From a virus (lineage: Duplodnaviria; Heunggongvirae; Uroviricota; Caudoviricetes), in IMG/VR virus record IMGVR_UViG_2690316175_000006: 10,588 nucleotides of DNA; one strand, given 5' to 3'. The position numbers and the translations under genes are program-made. Shown one piece after another: positions 1-6,587 of the stretch. Numbering within the stretch: the stretch's first letter is position 1; each line of letters begins with the position of its first letter. The notes beneath the pieces were generated by a model, which saw nothing but the letters and a program-made list of their open reading frames with translations, was not told the DNA's origin and did not search any database.

Positions 1-47
1 TTAAAAAAAGAACAAATGGTAGTGTCCGCTATTGCCAGTACACCTCA
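1..47 (+). mobile_element. Terminal 47 bp (orfB stop codon plus right inverted repeat) of an IS3-family insertion sequence whose body lies left of the window
   Basis: Positions 1-47 are the exact reverse complement of 8520-8566, the orfB-proximal end of the internal IS copy; ends ...CACCTCA. Confidence 0.7.
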
Positions 48-48
48 T

Positions 49-246
49 CCATCACCGAAAAAAATTGGCTTTTACACCATTGGCGATAAAAGCATTTACC
101 TGTATGACCTACGCCGCATGGATGAAATCATGGAGGCTCTTGATAATCGTTCGTCGATGGATTGGTGTGTTGCTGTTCATGATATGAATGCAGGGTTTGA
201 TGAAAAGATTTTGTTCCCCTCATCAGTTGAAAGCACTGCGGGTTAA
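49..246 (+). CDS. 3' fragment of a gene interrupted by the IS; hypothetical protein
   Basis: Frame is open from the IS junction to TAA at 244-246 with no credible upstream start or RBS; stop is followed by AGGAG for the next gene. Confidence 0.3.
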   Translation, partial: PSPKKIGFYTIGDKSIYLYDLRRMDEIMEALDNRSSMDWCVAVHDMNAGFDEKILFPSSVESTAG

Positions 247-256
247 GGAGTAACAC

Positions 257-424
257 ATGACCACTATTACCAAAGAACGTATTGAATTGTTCATTAAAAA
301 CCCGCTTGAAAACGGGCTTACCCGTGGTGAACAAATGGAACTGGCACGGATTGCGCTGGCATCGCTGGAAGCAGAGCCGGTTGTGTTCTGGTTTGAAAAA
401 TATCAAGAAGGGGCTACGGCATGA
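257..424 (+). CDS. Hypothetical 55-aa protein, apparently chimeric
   Basis: ATG 6 nt after AGGAG; N-terminus MTTITKER...ALASLEAEP matches the 1540 gene, C-terminus [15 protein letters not shown] matches the 1433 ORF; stop overlaps next start (ATGA). Confidence 0.5.
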   Translation: MTTITKERIELFIKNPLENGLTRGEQMELARIALASLEAEPVVFWFEKYQEGATA

Positions 425-765
425 CGACTTTTACCAGAGAGCAGTTAATAGCTCACGCAGAGGAGACTATTGAAGCACAGAGACTGTGCATACCGGGCAC
501 AATCGACCATGACATCATCCGCACATATAAGATGGATATTGCTGTTCTGGAAATCGCACTGGTATCGCTGGCAGCAGAGCCAGCCGGTAAATTGCATGAA
601 TACAAACCAGTGGGATATCAGCGTCTGGTCGATGAGTTAACCATGCTGGTAAAGCAGTTAACCTGGCAACTGAGGAAAGCGAAGCCAGACTGCAAATTAC
701 CGGATAAGGCGATGAGTTATCTGGAGCGGAACGGACTGATAAGCGTGGAGGATATTTTACGATGA
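421..765 (+). CDS. Hypothetical lambdoid-prophage accessory protein (114 aa)
   Basis: ATG-initiated ORF with ATGA overlaps to the genes on both sides; N-terminal motif shared with the 257 and 1540 ORFs. Confidence 0.6.
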   Translation: MTTFTREQLIAHAEETIEAQRLCIPGTIDHDIIRTYKMDIAVLEIALVSLAAEPAGKLHEYKPVGYQRLVDELTMLVKQLTWQLRKAKPDCKLPDKAMSYLERNGLISVEDILR

Positions 766-845
766 CCTGGCCTGAAGCATTAACAACGGTAGGAATTGCG
801 ATGGCGGTGGCGCTGGTGGTGTATTCGATTTGCCGCTGGGGATAA
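762..845 (+). CDS. 27-aa hydrophobic peptide with one predicted transmembrane helix ([27 protein letters not shown])
   Basis: ATGA overlap with upstream gene; near-identical copy at 2567-2650 with only a few nucleotide changes. Confidence 0.45.
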   Translation: MTWPEALTTVGIAMAVALVVYSICRWG

Positions 846-898
846 AAACGGTTTGCGGGAAAAGGAGAGTTAAGTAGAATTGCAGCGGGTGCTTGAGG

Positions 899-935
899 CT
901 ATCTGTCTCAGGCATGAACACCAAAAGGCAGATAG
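899..935 (+). promoter_or_regulatory. hok leader stem-loop (10-bp stem, 17-nt loop), copy 1
   Basis: ctatctgtct pairs with aggcagatag (one G-U); the paralogous stem at 2868-2903 differs at two positions that both preserve pairing. Confidence 0.45.
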
Positions 936-999
936 AGAAAAGCCCCAGTTAACATTACGCGTCCGGCAAGACGCTTAACATTAATCTGAGGCTCAATCT

Positions 1000-1212
1000 A
1001 TGAACGGCAAATCTAGGTTAGCCTCTTACGTGCCGAAAGGCAAGGAGAAGCAGGCTATGAAGCAGCAAAAGGCGATGTTAATCGCCCTGATCGTCATCTG
1101 TTTAACCGTCATAGTGACGGCACTGGTAACGAGGAAAGACCTCTGCGAGGTACGAATTCGAACCGGCCAGACGGAGGTCGCTGTCTTCACAGCTTACGAA
1201 CCTGAGGAGTAA
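1000..1212 (+). CDS. mok: Mok-like leader ORF in frame with and containing hok (70 aa), copy 1
   Basis: Upstream in-frame ATG giving an N-terminally extended Hok, as recalled for chromosomal mok/hok loci. Confidence 0.45.
   Translation: MNGKSRLASYVPKGKEKQAMKQQKAMLIALIVICLTVIVTALVTRKDLCEVRIRTGQTEVAVFTAYEPEE
1057..1212 (+). CDS. hok: Hok/Gef-family type I toxin, 51 aa, HokD/RelF-like, copy 1
   Basis: MKQQKAMLIALIVICLTVIVTALVTRKDLCEVRIRTGQTEVAVFTAYEPEE: single TM helix plus conserved RKDLCEV...TEVAVFTAYE core; AGGAG 9 nt upstream. Confidence 0.85.
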   Translation: MKQQKAMLIALIVICLTVIVTALVTRKDLCEVRIRTGQTEVAVFTAYEPEE

Positions 1213-1280
1213 GAGACCAGGCGGGGGAGAAATCCCTCGCCACCTCTGATGGGTCAGGCATCCTCAATGCACCCACACTT

Positions 1281-1307
1281 AACCCGCTTCGGCGGGTTTT
1301 TGTTTTT
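1281..1307 (+). terminator. Rho-independent terminator of hok copy 1
   Basis: aacccgc-ttcg-gcgggtt hairpin followed by a T-run. Confidence 0.7.
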
Positions 1308-1320
1308 ATTTTCAACGCGT

Positions 1321-1350
1321 TTGAAGTTTTAGATGGTGCCGGAATAGAAT
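1321..1350 (+). promoter_or_regulatory. Candidate sigma70 promoter downstream of hok copy 1
   Basis: TTGAAG-18 nt-TAGAAT; the -35 lies within inverted half-sites TTCAA/TTGAA; identical copy at 3289-3318. Confidence 0.4.
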
Positions 1351-1432
1351 CAAAAATACTTAAGTAGCGCGCAGGGAGAAGAGGGATGGACCCCGAACAG
1401 GGGAGTGCTATTTATCTGGAAGGATTCTGTTG

Positions 1433-1543
1433 ATNCTTGCGTCCGGGAAAGGCAAAGCGCTGGTTCGTATGGGATTGGTTGAAATGAAATCTGACCCGGT
1501 TGTGTTCTGGTTTGAAAAATATCAAGAAGGGGCTACGGCATGA
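1433..1543 (+). CDS. 36-aa ORF, valid only if the ambiguous base at 1435 is G
   Basis: ATN after GGAAGG RBS; the paralogous position 3401-3403 is ATG; ends ...[15 protein letters not shown] with ATGA overlap to the 1540 gene. Confidence 0.3.
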   Translation, partial: XLASGKGKALVRMGLVEMKSDPVVFWFEKYQEGATA

Positions 1544-2205
1544 CCACTATTACCAAAGAGCGACTGCAATGGCTGGCTAACATTTCTGGCCGCGATGATA
1601 TTGACGATATAGACGGCGGTGAAATTCGTGAACTGGCGCTTATCGCTCTGGCATCACTGGAAGCAGAGCCTGTAGCGGAATGCATTGTTGAAGATGGGGG
1701 CATGTGTATTGACGGGTTCGGTGAGTATGTGGGTCACTCGCTGCCTGATGGAATGCATGAGCTTTATGCTGCCCCGCGAATGCGACAACCTGATGGATGG
1801 AAAGCCGTAGCTGTAGCGTGGAAGGTGACGTTTACTCAAGTTGACCAGGAATCTAATACGTTCACTGCTATATATTTTGACAAAGCGGAAGTTGAGTGTT
1901 GGGTACGACTGCATAAAGCATGTGATTTTCGGGCAGATATAACACCGCTTTACGCAGCGCCGGCAGTGCCGGTTGCAGTAAACGACGACATGGCTTACGC
2001 ATTCCATCACGCACTGTCAGATTCATCGCTTGGCTCTGATGAAATCGAAGAAATTAAAACCGGTTTGCGTGCTGCCTTTGCCAACGTCACTATCCAACCA
2101 GAGCCGATAGTGCCGGATGAAATCGGGCCAAACGATAGTAATACGTTTGATTATGTTGATGGCTGGAACGCCTGCCGCGCTGCCATGCTTAAGGGAGATA
2201 AATAA
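1540..2205 (+). CDS. Hypothetical lambdoid-prophage accessory protein (221 aa)
   Basis: ATG-initiated ORF, coupled at both ends (ATGA upstream, TAATG downstream). Confidence 0.65.
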   Translation: MTTITKERLQWLANISGRDDIDDIDGGEIRELALIALASLEAEPVAECIVEDGGMCIDGFGEYVGHSLPDGMHELYAAPRMRQPDGWKAVAVAWKVTFTQVDQESNTFTAIYFDKAEVECWVRLHKACDFRADITPLYAAPAVPVAVNDDMAYAFHHALSDSSLGSDEIEEIKTGLRAAFANVTIQPEPIVPDEIGPNDSNTFDYVDGWNACRAAMLKGDK

Positions 2206-2570
2206 TGATTAATCGAACCAAACTGGAGCACATTCTCGAATATGCCAGGCAGCAGAAATGTATTGGGCAACTTTGTAAAATTCCACCAGGAGATATGGTT
2301 GAAATCGTGGAAATGGCCATGCGTAAGGCTGGCAACTCTCCGGTAGCTCCGGCTGGCTGGATAAGCTGTAGTGATGCAGTTCCTGCTGAATATTGCGATG
2401 TGATTCTTCTCGATGATCTCGGGAATGTATTCCCCGGTTCCTGGGATAAGGTTTTTTGCCCCACTCGTGGCGGGAATAAGATGGCTTTTGTGGACAAAGA
2501 CGGCGTTGAAGTAGAGAGCTCAACTCACTGGATGCCGCTACCGGAACCACCGCAGGAGGTGAATCAATGA
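2205..2570 (+). CDS. Hypothetical phage protein (121 aa), DUF551-like
   Basis: GGGAG RBS; C-terminal ...STHWMPLPEPP resembles the DUF551 phage family from memory, not verified. Confidence 0.55.
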   Translation: MINRTKLEHILEYARQQKCIGQLCKIPPGDMVEIVEMAMRKAGNSPVAPAGWISCSDAVPAEYCDVILLDDLGNVFPGSWDKVFCPTRGGNKMAFVDKDGVEVESSTHWMPLPEPPQEVNQ

Positions 2571-2650
2571 CCTGGCCTGAGGCATTCACCACGGTAGGAA
2601 TTGCGATGGCGGTGGCGCTGGTGGTGTATTCGATTTGCCGTTGGGGTTAA
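2567..2650 (+). CDS. 27-aa hydrophobic peptide, second copy ([27 protein letters not shown])
   Basis: ATGA overlap with the upstream gene; paralog of 762-845. Confidence 0.45.
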   Translation: MTWPEAFTTVGIAMAVALVVYSICRWG

Positions 2651-2655
2651 CAAAC

Positions 2656-2688
2656 AAAAACCCCGGATTGATGGTCCGGGGTTTTTGA
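2656..2688. terminator. Bidirectional rho-independent terminator
   Basis: A-run, ccccgga-ttgatgg-tccgggg hairpin, T-run. Confidence 0.65.
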
Positions 2689-2867
2689 AGGAAACAAAAC
2701 AGAAACAGCAATTGCCGTTACCTGTTGTTACCATGGCAAGTAAACGTATCTCAGGCGAGCGCATTGCGCCGTTCTGACGCAGATAAACTAGCCTGGATAG
2801 ATGGTGCTGGCAATAAAAAATAGCGTTTTCTTATCGGTGTCGGTAAGATTGCTGCGGGTGCTTGAGG

Positions 2868-2903
2868 CTGTCTGCCTCGGGTATGTCACTGTAAGGCAGA
2901 CAG
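2868..2903 (+). promoter_or_regulatory. hok leader stem-loop (perfect 10-bp stem), copy 2
   Basis: ctgtctgcct pairs with aggcagacag; covaries with the copy 1 stem. Confidence 0.45.
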
Positions 2904-2967
2904 AGAAAAGCCCCAGTTAACATTACGCGTCCTGCAAGACGCTTAACATTAATCTGAGGCCCAATCT

Positions 2968-3180
2968 ATGTCTCACAAATGTAGGTTAGCCTCTTACGTG
3001 CCGAAAGGCAAGGAGAAGCAGGCTATGAAGCAGCAAAAGGCGATGTTAATCGCCCTGATCGTCATCTGTTTAACCGTCATAGTGACGGCACTGGTAACGA
3101 GGAAAGACCTCTGCGAGGTACGAATTCGAACCGGCCAGACGGAGGTCGCTGTCTTCACAGCTTACGAACCTGAGGAGTAA
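2968..3180 (+). CDS. mok: Mok-like leader ORF in frame with hok (70 aa), copy 2
   Basis: Same architecture as 1000-1212; codons 2-5 differ (SHKC vs NGKS). Confidence 0.45.
   Translation: MSHKCRLASYVPKGKEKQAMKQQKAMLIALIVICLTVIVTALVTRKDLCEVRIRTGQTEVAVFTAYEPEE
3025..3180 (+). CDS. hok: Hok/Gef-family type I toxin, 51 aa, copy 2
   Basis: ORF identical to 1057-1212. Confidence 0.85.
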   Translation: MKQQKAMLIALIVICLTVIVTALVTRKDLCEVRIRTGQTEVAVFTAYEPEE

Positions 3181-3248
3181 GAGACCAGGCGGGGGAGAAA
3201 TCCCTCGCCACCTCTGATGGGTCAGGCATCCTCAATGCACCCACACTT

Positions 3249-3275
3249 AACCCGCTTCGGCGGGTTTTTGTTTTT
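3249..3275 (+). terminator. Rho-independent terminator of hok copy 2
   Basis: Identical hairpin and T-run to 1281-1307. Confidence 0.7.
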
Positions 3276-3288
3276 ATTTTCAACGCGT

Positions 3289-3318
3289 TTGAAGTTTTAG
3301 ATGGTGCCGGAATAGAAT
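3289..3318 (+). promoter_or_regulatory. Candidate sigma70 promoter downstream of hok copy 2
   Basis: TTGAAG-18 nt-TAGAAT, identical to 1321-1350. Confidence 0.4.
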
Positions 3319-3400
3319 CAAAAATACTTAAGTAGCGCGCAGGGAGAAGAGGGATGGACCCCGAACAGGGGAGTGCTATTTATCTGGAAGGATTCTGTTG

Positions 3401-3756
3401 ATGAAAATCGAAGAATTACGTGAAATTTTTAGTGAAGATGGCCTCTATACTGTGCGCGTTGAGAATGGCGCTATTGTCAGCCACTGCCTTCCAGACTACA
3501 CAATTCTGATAATTCAGCCGTCTTTGCCAGCAGGCACGGGCGGCGCTCTCACGCATTTAAATCTGATTGGTACCAGCATCCCCCATGCACTGAAGAACAG
3601 GCCGAATGGCTCATTCAGTGTTACCGCAGGCGCGGATGCGAGGTTAAAAAAGCCCTTAGCCTCGACTACCGTCACTGGATAATCTCCGTCAGGCTCCCTT
3701 ACTCCGAACGGCCAACGCGTCCGTCCCGCACATTCCAGCAACGGATCTGGAGGTAA
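3401..3756 (+). CDS. Hypothetical protein whose full length (about 118 aa) needs a -1 frameshift at 3646-3652; the 0-frame product ends at 3682
   Basis: ATG after GGAAGG RBS; A_AAA_AAG heptamer in the 0 frame; the -1 frame has no start codon, is open to TAA 3754-3756 and that stop is coupled to the next gene. Confidence 0.45.
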
Positions 3757-3757
3757 T

Positions 3758-4816
3758 GTGCGGGTATTACTTCGACCTGTTCTGGTACCGGAACTCGGTC
3801 TGGTTATCGTTAAGCCAGGCCGTGAATCAATGTCAGCATTCCATAACGGCAGAATACTGGTGGAGCCGGAACCAAAAAGCATGCGTAATCTGCCGTCCGG
3901 GGTCGTTCCTGCCGCTCGCCAGCCGCTGGTGGAAGACAAAACATTGCTGCCGTTTTTCAGTAACGCACGGGTGATTCGTGCTGCTGGTGGTGCTGGTGCA
4001 TTGTCTGACTGGCTGTTGCGCCATATTAAATCCTGCCAGTGGCCACACGGCGATTATCATCACAGCGAAACCGTCATTCACCGTTATGGTACCGGCGCAA
4101 TGGTGTTGTGCTGGCACTGCGACAACCAGCTGCGTGACCAGACATCCGAATCACTCGAGCAACTTGCTCATCAAAACCTGTCAGCATGGATGATTGACGT
4201 CATCGGTCACGCAATAAGCGGTACGCAGGAGCGTGAATTATCTCTGGCTGAATTATCCTGGTGGGCGGTCCGCAATCAGGTGGCGGACGCGCTACCGGAA
4301 GCGGTATTACGTCGTTCGCTGGGGTTGCGTGCGGAAAAAATTCGCTCTGTGTACAGTGAAAGCGACATCATACCGGGAGAGCAGACAGCCACCAGCATAC
4401 TGAAGCAGCGCACAAAAAATATTGCGTTACTGCCTCACGTCCACCAGCAACAGAACCCACCACAGGAAAAGACGGTGGTCAGCATTGCCGTTGATCCGGA
4501 GTCACCGGCTCAGTATCTCCAGCGCCAGAAATCACAACGGGAAGAGATGCCTGTATACACGCGCTGGGTAAAAACGCAGAAATGCATGACGTGTGGCAAT
4601 CAGGCAGATGATCCGCATCACATCATTGGTCATGGACTGGGAGGGATGGGAACAAAGGCTGATGATTTGTTTGTTATTCCGTTATGCCGTAAATGCCGTA
4701 ACGAACTACATGCCGGAGTAAAAGATTTTGAAGAGAAACACGGCAGTCAGCTGTTGTTGCTGATTCGTTTTTTAATGCACGCGAGAAATTCGGGTGTTCT
4801 GAAGTGGAAAGCATAA
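3758..4816 (+). CDS. DUF968-like prophage protein with a C-terminal HNH/zinc-ribbon-like motif (YdfU-like)
   Basis: GTG start 5 nt after GGAGG; C-terminus CMTCGNQADDPHHIIGHG...LCRKCRNELH; sits just upstream of rusA and Q as in lambdoid prophages. Confidence 0.6.
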   Translation: MRVLLRPVLVPELGLVIVKPGRESMSAFHNGRILVEPEPKSMRNLPSGVVPAARQPLVEDKTLLPFFSNARVIRAAGGAGALSDWLLRHIKSCQWPHGDYHHSETVIHRYGTGAMVLCWHCDNQLRDQTSESLEQLAHQNLSAWMIDVIGHAISGTQERELSLAELSWWAVRNQVADALPEAVLRRSLGLRAEKIRSVYSESDIIPGEQTATSILKQRTKNIALLPHVHQQQNPPQEKTVVSIAVDPESPAQYLQRQKSQREEMPVYTRWVKTQKCMTCGNQADDPHHIIGHGLGGMGTKADDLFVIPLCRKCRNELHAGVKDFEEKHGSQLLLLIRFLMHARNSGVLKWKA

Positions 4817-5197
4817 ATGACCGAGCGCATAGAATTTGTTTTACCTTACCCGCCGACGGTGAACACTTACTGGCGTCGTCGTGGCAGCACATATTTTGTA
4901 TCAAAAGCCGGGGAGCGTTATCGCCGGGCAGTGGCGCTTATTGTTCGCCAGCAGCGGCTGAAATTAAGCCTGTCCGGAAGGTTGGCAATAAAAATTATTG
5001 CAGAACCACCGGATAAGCGCCGCCGTGACCTGGACAATATTCTGAAAGCGCCGCTGGATGCGCTGACGCATGCGGGGTTGCTAATGGACGATGAGCAGTT
5101 TGATGAAATCAATATCGTTCGTGGTCAGCCAGTATCTGGTGGACGTCTGGGGGTGAAGATTTATCCCATAATGCTTGAAGGGCAGGTCAAAAAATGA
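4817..5197 (+). CDS. rusA: Crossover junction endodeoxyribonuclease RusA (Holliday junction resolvase)
   Basis: 126 aa with YPPTVNTYW and PDKRRRDLDN motifs matching the RusA catalytic region; stop overlaps the next start (ATGA). Confidence 0.85.
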   Translation: MTERIEFVLPYPPTVNTYWRRRGSTYFVSKAGERYRRAVALIVRQQRLKLSLSGRLAIKIIAEPPDKRRRDLDNILKAPLDALTHAGLLMDDEQFDEINIVRGQPVSGGRLGVKIYPIMLEGQVKK

Positions 5198-6015
5198 AAC
5201 TGGAAGATTTACCGAAATACTACTCCCCAAAATCCCCCGGCCTGACTGATGCATCGGCCTCAACGTCGAAAGATGCGCTGAGTATCACTGATGTGATGGC
5301 CGCGCAGGGCATGACACAGAATCGGGCTGAGATGGGGGTTTCTGCGTTCCTTGGGAAAATGGGCATTAGTATGAATGACAGAGAGCGGGCAACAGAATTG
5401 CTGACAGAATATGCACTCAGTCGGTGTGATCGCGTGGCGGCGTTAAGAAAACTCCCGGCAGAAATAAAACCGGCAGTGATGCGTATTATGGCTTCGTATG
5501 CGTTTGAAGATTATGCCCGTAGCGCGGCGAGCAAAAAACAGTGCCCCTGCTGTCACGGAAAAAAATTTATTGAAAGCGAGGTTTTTACAAACAAGATCCA
5601 GTATCCGGATGGTAAGCCGCCGGTATGGGCAAAGTGTACGAAAGGTGTGTATCCGTCTTACTGGGAAGAATGGAAAAAAGTCAGGGAGGTGGTAAAAGTT
5701 GCCTGTCCGGAGTGTGGCGGAAAGGGTGAGGTTTCCACCGCCTGTAAGGATTGCCGTGGGCGTGGTGTCGCCATTCATCGTGAAGAGTCGGTAAAACGTG
5801 GTATGCCTGTTATCAGAGACTGCCAGCGTTGTGGTGGTCGTGGCTATGAAAGACTACCATCAACGGAGGCATTTAATGCTATATGCGAGGTGACAAACCA
5901 GATAACACGCGCGTCATGGGAAAAAACAGTTAAGAAATTTTATGATGCGCTGGTGACCCGGTTTGATATTGAAGAAGCATGGGCTGAGCGGCAGTTAAAA
6001 AAGGTAACTAGGTAA
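5194..6015 (+). CDS. Late-gene antiterminator Q-like protein (QuuQ-like) with four CxxCxGxG zinc-finger repeats
   Basis: Position directly after rusA and directly before a promoter-terminator pair; CPCCHGKK, CPECGGKG, CKDCRGRG, CQRCGGRG motifs. Confidence 0.55.
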   Translation: MKLEDLPKYYSPKSPGLTDASASTSKDALSITDVMAAQGMTQNRAEMGVSAFLGKMGISMNDRERATELLTEYALSRCDRVAALRKLPAEIKPAVMRIMASYAFEDYARSAASKKQCPCCHGKKFIESEVFTNKIQYPDGKPPVWAKCTKGVYPSYWEEWKKVREVVKVACPECGGKGEVSTACKDCRGRGVAIHREESVKRGMPVIRDCQRCGGRGYERLPSTEAFNAICEVTNQITRASWEKTVKKFYDALVTRFDIEEAWAERQLKKVTR

Positions 6016-6020
6016 CAAGG

Positions 6021-6048
6021 TTGATTTTTCCGGAATCTGTGGTAAATT
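6021..6048 (+). promoter_or_regulatory. PR'-like late promoter
   Basis: TTGATT-16 nt-TAAATT, 6 bp after the Q-like stop; GGTAAATT resembles the lambda PR' -10 region as recalled. Confidence 0.5.
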
Positions 6049-6054
6049 CGTCAT

Positions 6055-6120
6055 AACTATGGGCGTTTTATGCCTGACGTTAGAAGAGTTTCTACAACCC
6101 GCCGCCGAGCGGGTTTTTTA
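6055..6120 (+). ncRNA. Short PR'-to-tR' transcript (about 66 nt), candidate small RNA
   Basis: Inferred from the promoter at 6021-6048 and terminator at 6097-6120; analogous to lambda 6S-type RNA. Confidence 0.35.
6097..6120 (+). terminator. tR'-like rho-independent terminator
   Basis: acccgc-cgccga-gcgggt hairpin followed by a T-run. Confidence 0.65.
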
Positions 6121-6239
6121 TGACTGAAATCGCGTCAGTACAGTAAACGCGCTGGTGGCGGTGAATACCTGTCTTTCAGCTTGCTGGCTTTTTCGACAAG
6201 AGTTATTGGTGTGTCACGTTAACCGGAAAAGGAAAAGAC

Positions 6240-6437
6240 ATGCTAAAACAGCAGGATATGACAGAAACCGCCAGAGTGGTGTTTAATGAATTAAGCGTTA
6301 CCGAACCGGCGACAGTCGGGGAGATAGCGCAGAATACTTACCTTTCACGCGAACGCTGCCAGTTAATACTGACCCAGCTGGTTATGGCGGGTCTGGCAGA
6401 CTATCAGTTCGGTTGTTACAGACGCCTTCCGCAGTGA
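6240..6437 (+). CDS. Small (65 aa) putative helix-turn-helix DNA-binding protein
   Basis: AAGGA RBS 7 nt upstream; segment ATVGEIAQNTYLSRERCQLILTQLVMAGLA looks like a winged-helix HTH. Confidence 0.45.
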   Translation: MLKQQDMTETARVVFNELSVTEPATVGEIAQNTYLSRERCQLILTQLVMAGLADYQFGCYRRLPQ

Positions 6438-6447
6438 AGGCTTTTTT
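6424..6447 (+). terminator. Rho-independent terminator overlapping the stop of the 6240 ORF
   Basis: gccttc-cgcagt-gaaggc hairpin followed by TTTTTT. Confidence 0.5.
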
Positions 6448-6464
6448 ATTTGTGGTAAATGGGC

Positions 6465-6495
6465 GGCTGGTGGGTGTTAGGGGCACCCACCAGCC
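6465..6495. promoter_or_regulatory. 12-bp stem-loop (7-nt loop) between the HTH ORF and the methyltransferase
   Basis: ggctggtgggtg pairs with cacccaccagcc; no T-run follows, so not an obvious terminator. Confidence 0.35.
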
Positions 6496-6587
6496 ATCTG
6501 CTCATGCGTTGGGTTCACAAGCAAACCTCAGGCCCACTGCTTTGCGCAAAAGCAGAATGAGCCTATCAGAGACAGGCTTAATGATCC

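Noticed and set aside
128-406. 92-aa minus-strand ORF
   Set aside because: Antisense to the well-supported, translationally coupled plus-strand genes; no RBS.
1654-2592. Minus-strand ORFs 1654-2010, 2189-2497 and 2209-2592
   Set aside because: Antisense to the 221-aa and DUF551-like genes; odd composition and no start context.
2564-2764. 66-aa minus-strand ORF
   Set aside because: Runs through the bidirectional terminator and the peptide gene; no RBS.
3514-4193. ORFs 3514-3939 (-), 3756-3974 (+), 3833-4117 (-), 3978-4193 (+)
   Set aside because: Alternative frames inside the frameshift gene and the DUF968-like gene; the ATG at 3756 sits only 3 nt after the SD.
4674-5778. ORFs 4674-4904 (-), 4804-5016 (+), 4918-5112 (-), 5081-5263 (-), 5443-5778 (-), 5498-5695 (+)
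   Set aside because: Overlap rusA or the Q-like gene in other frames; classed as shadow ORFs.
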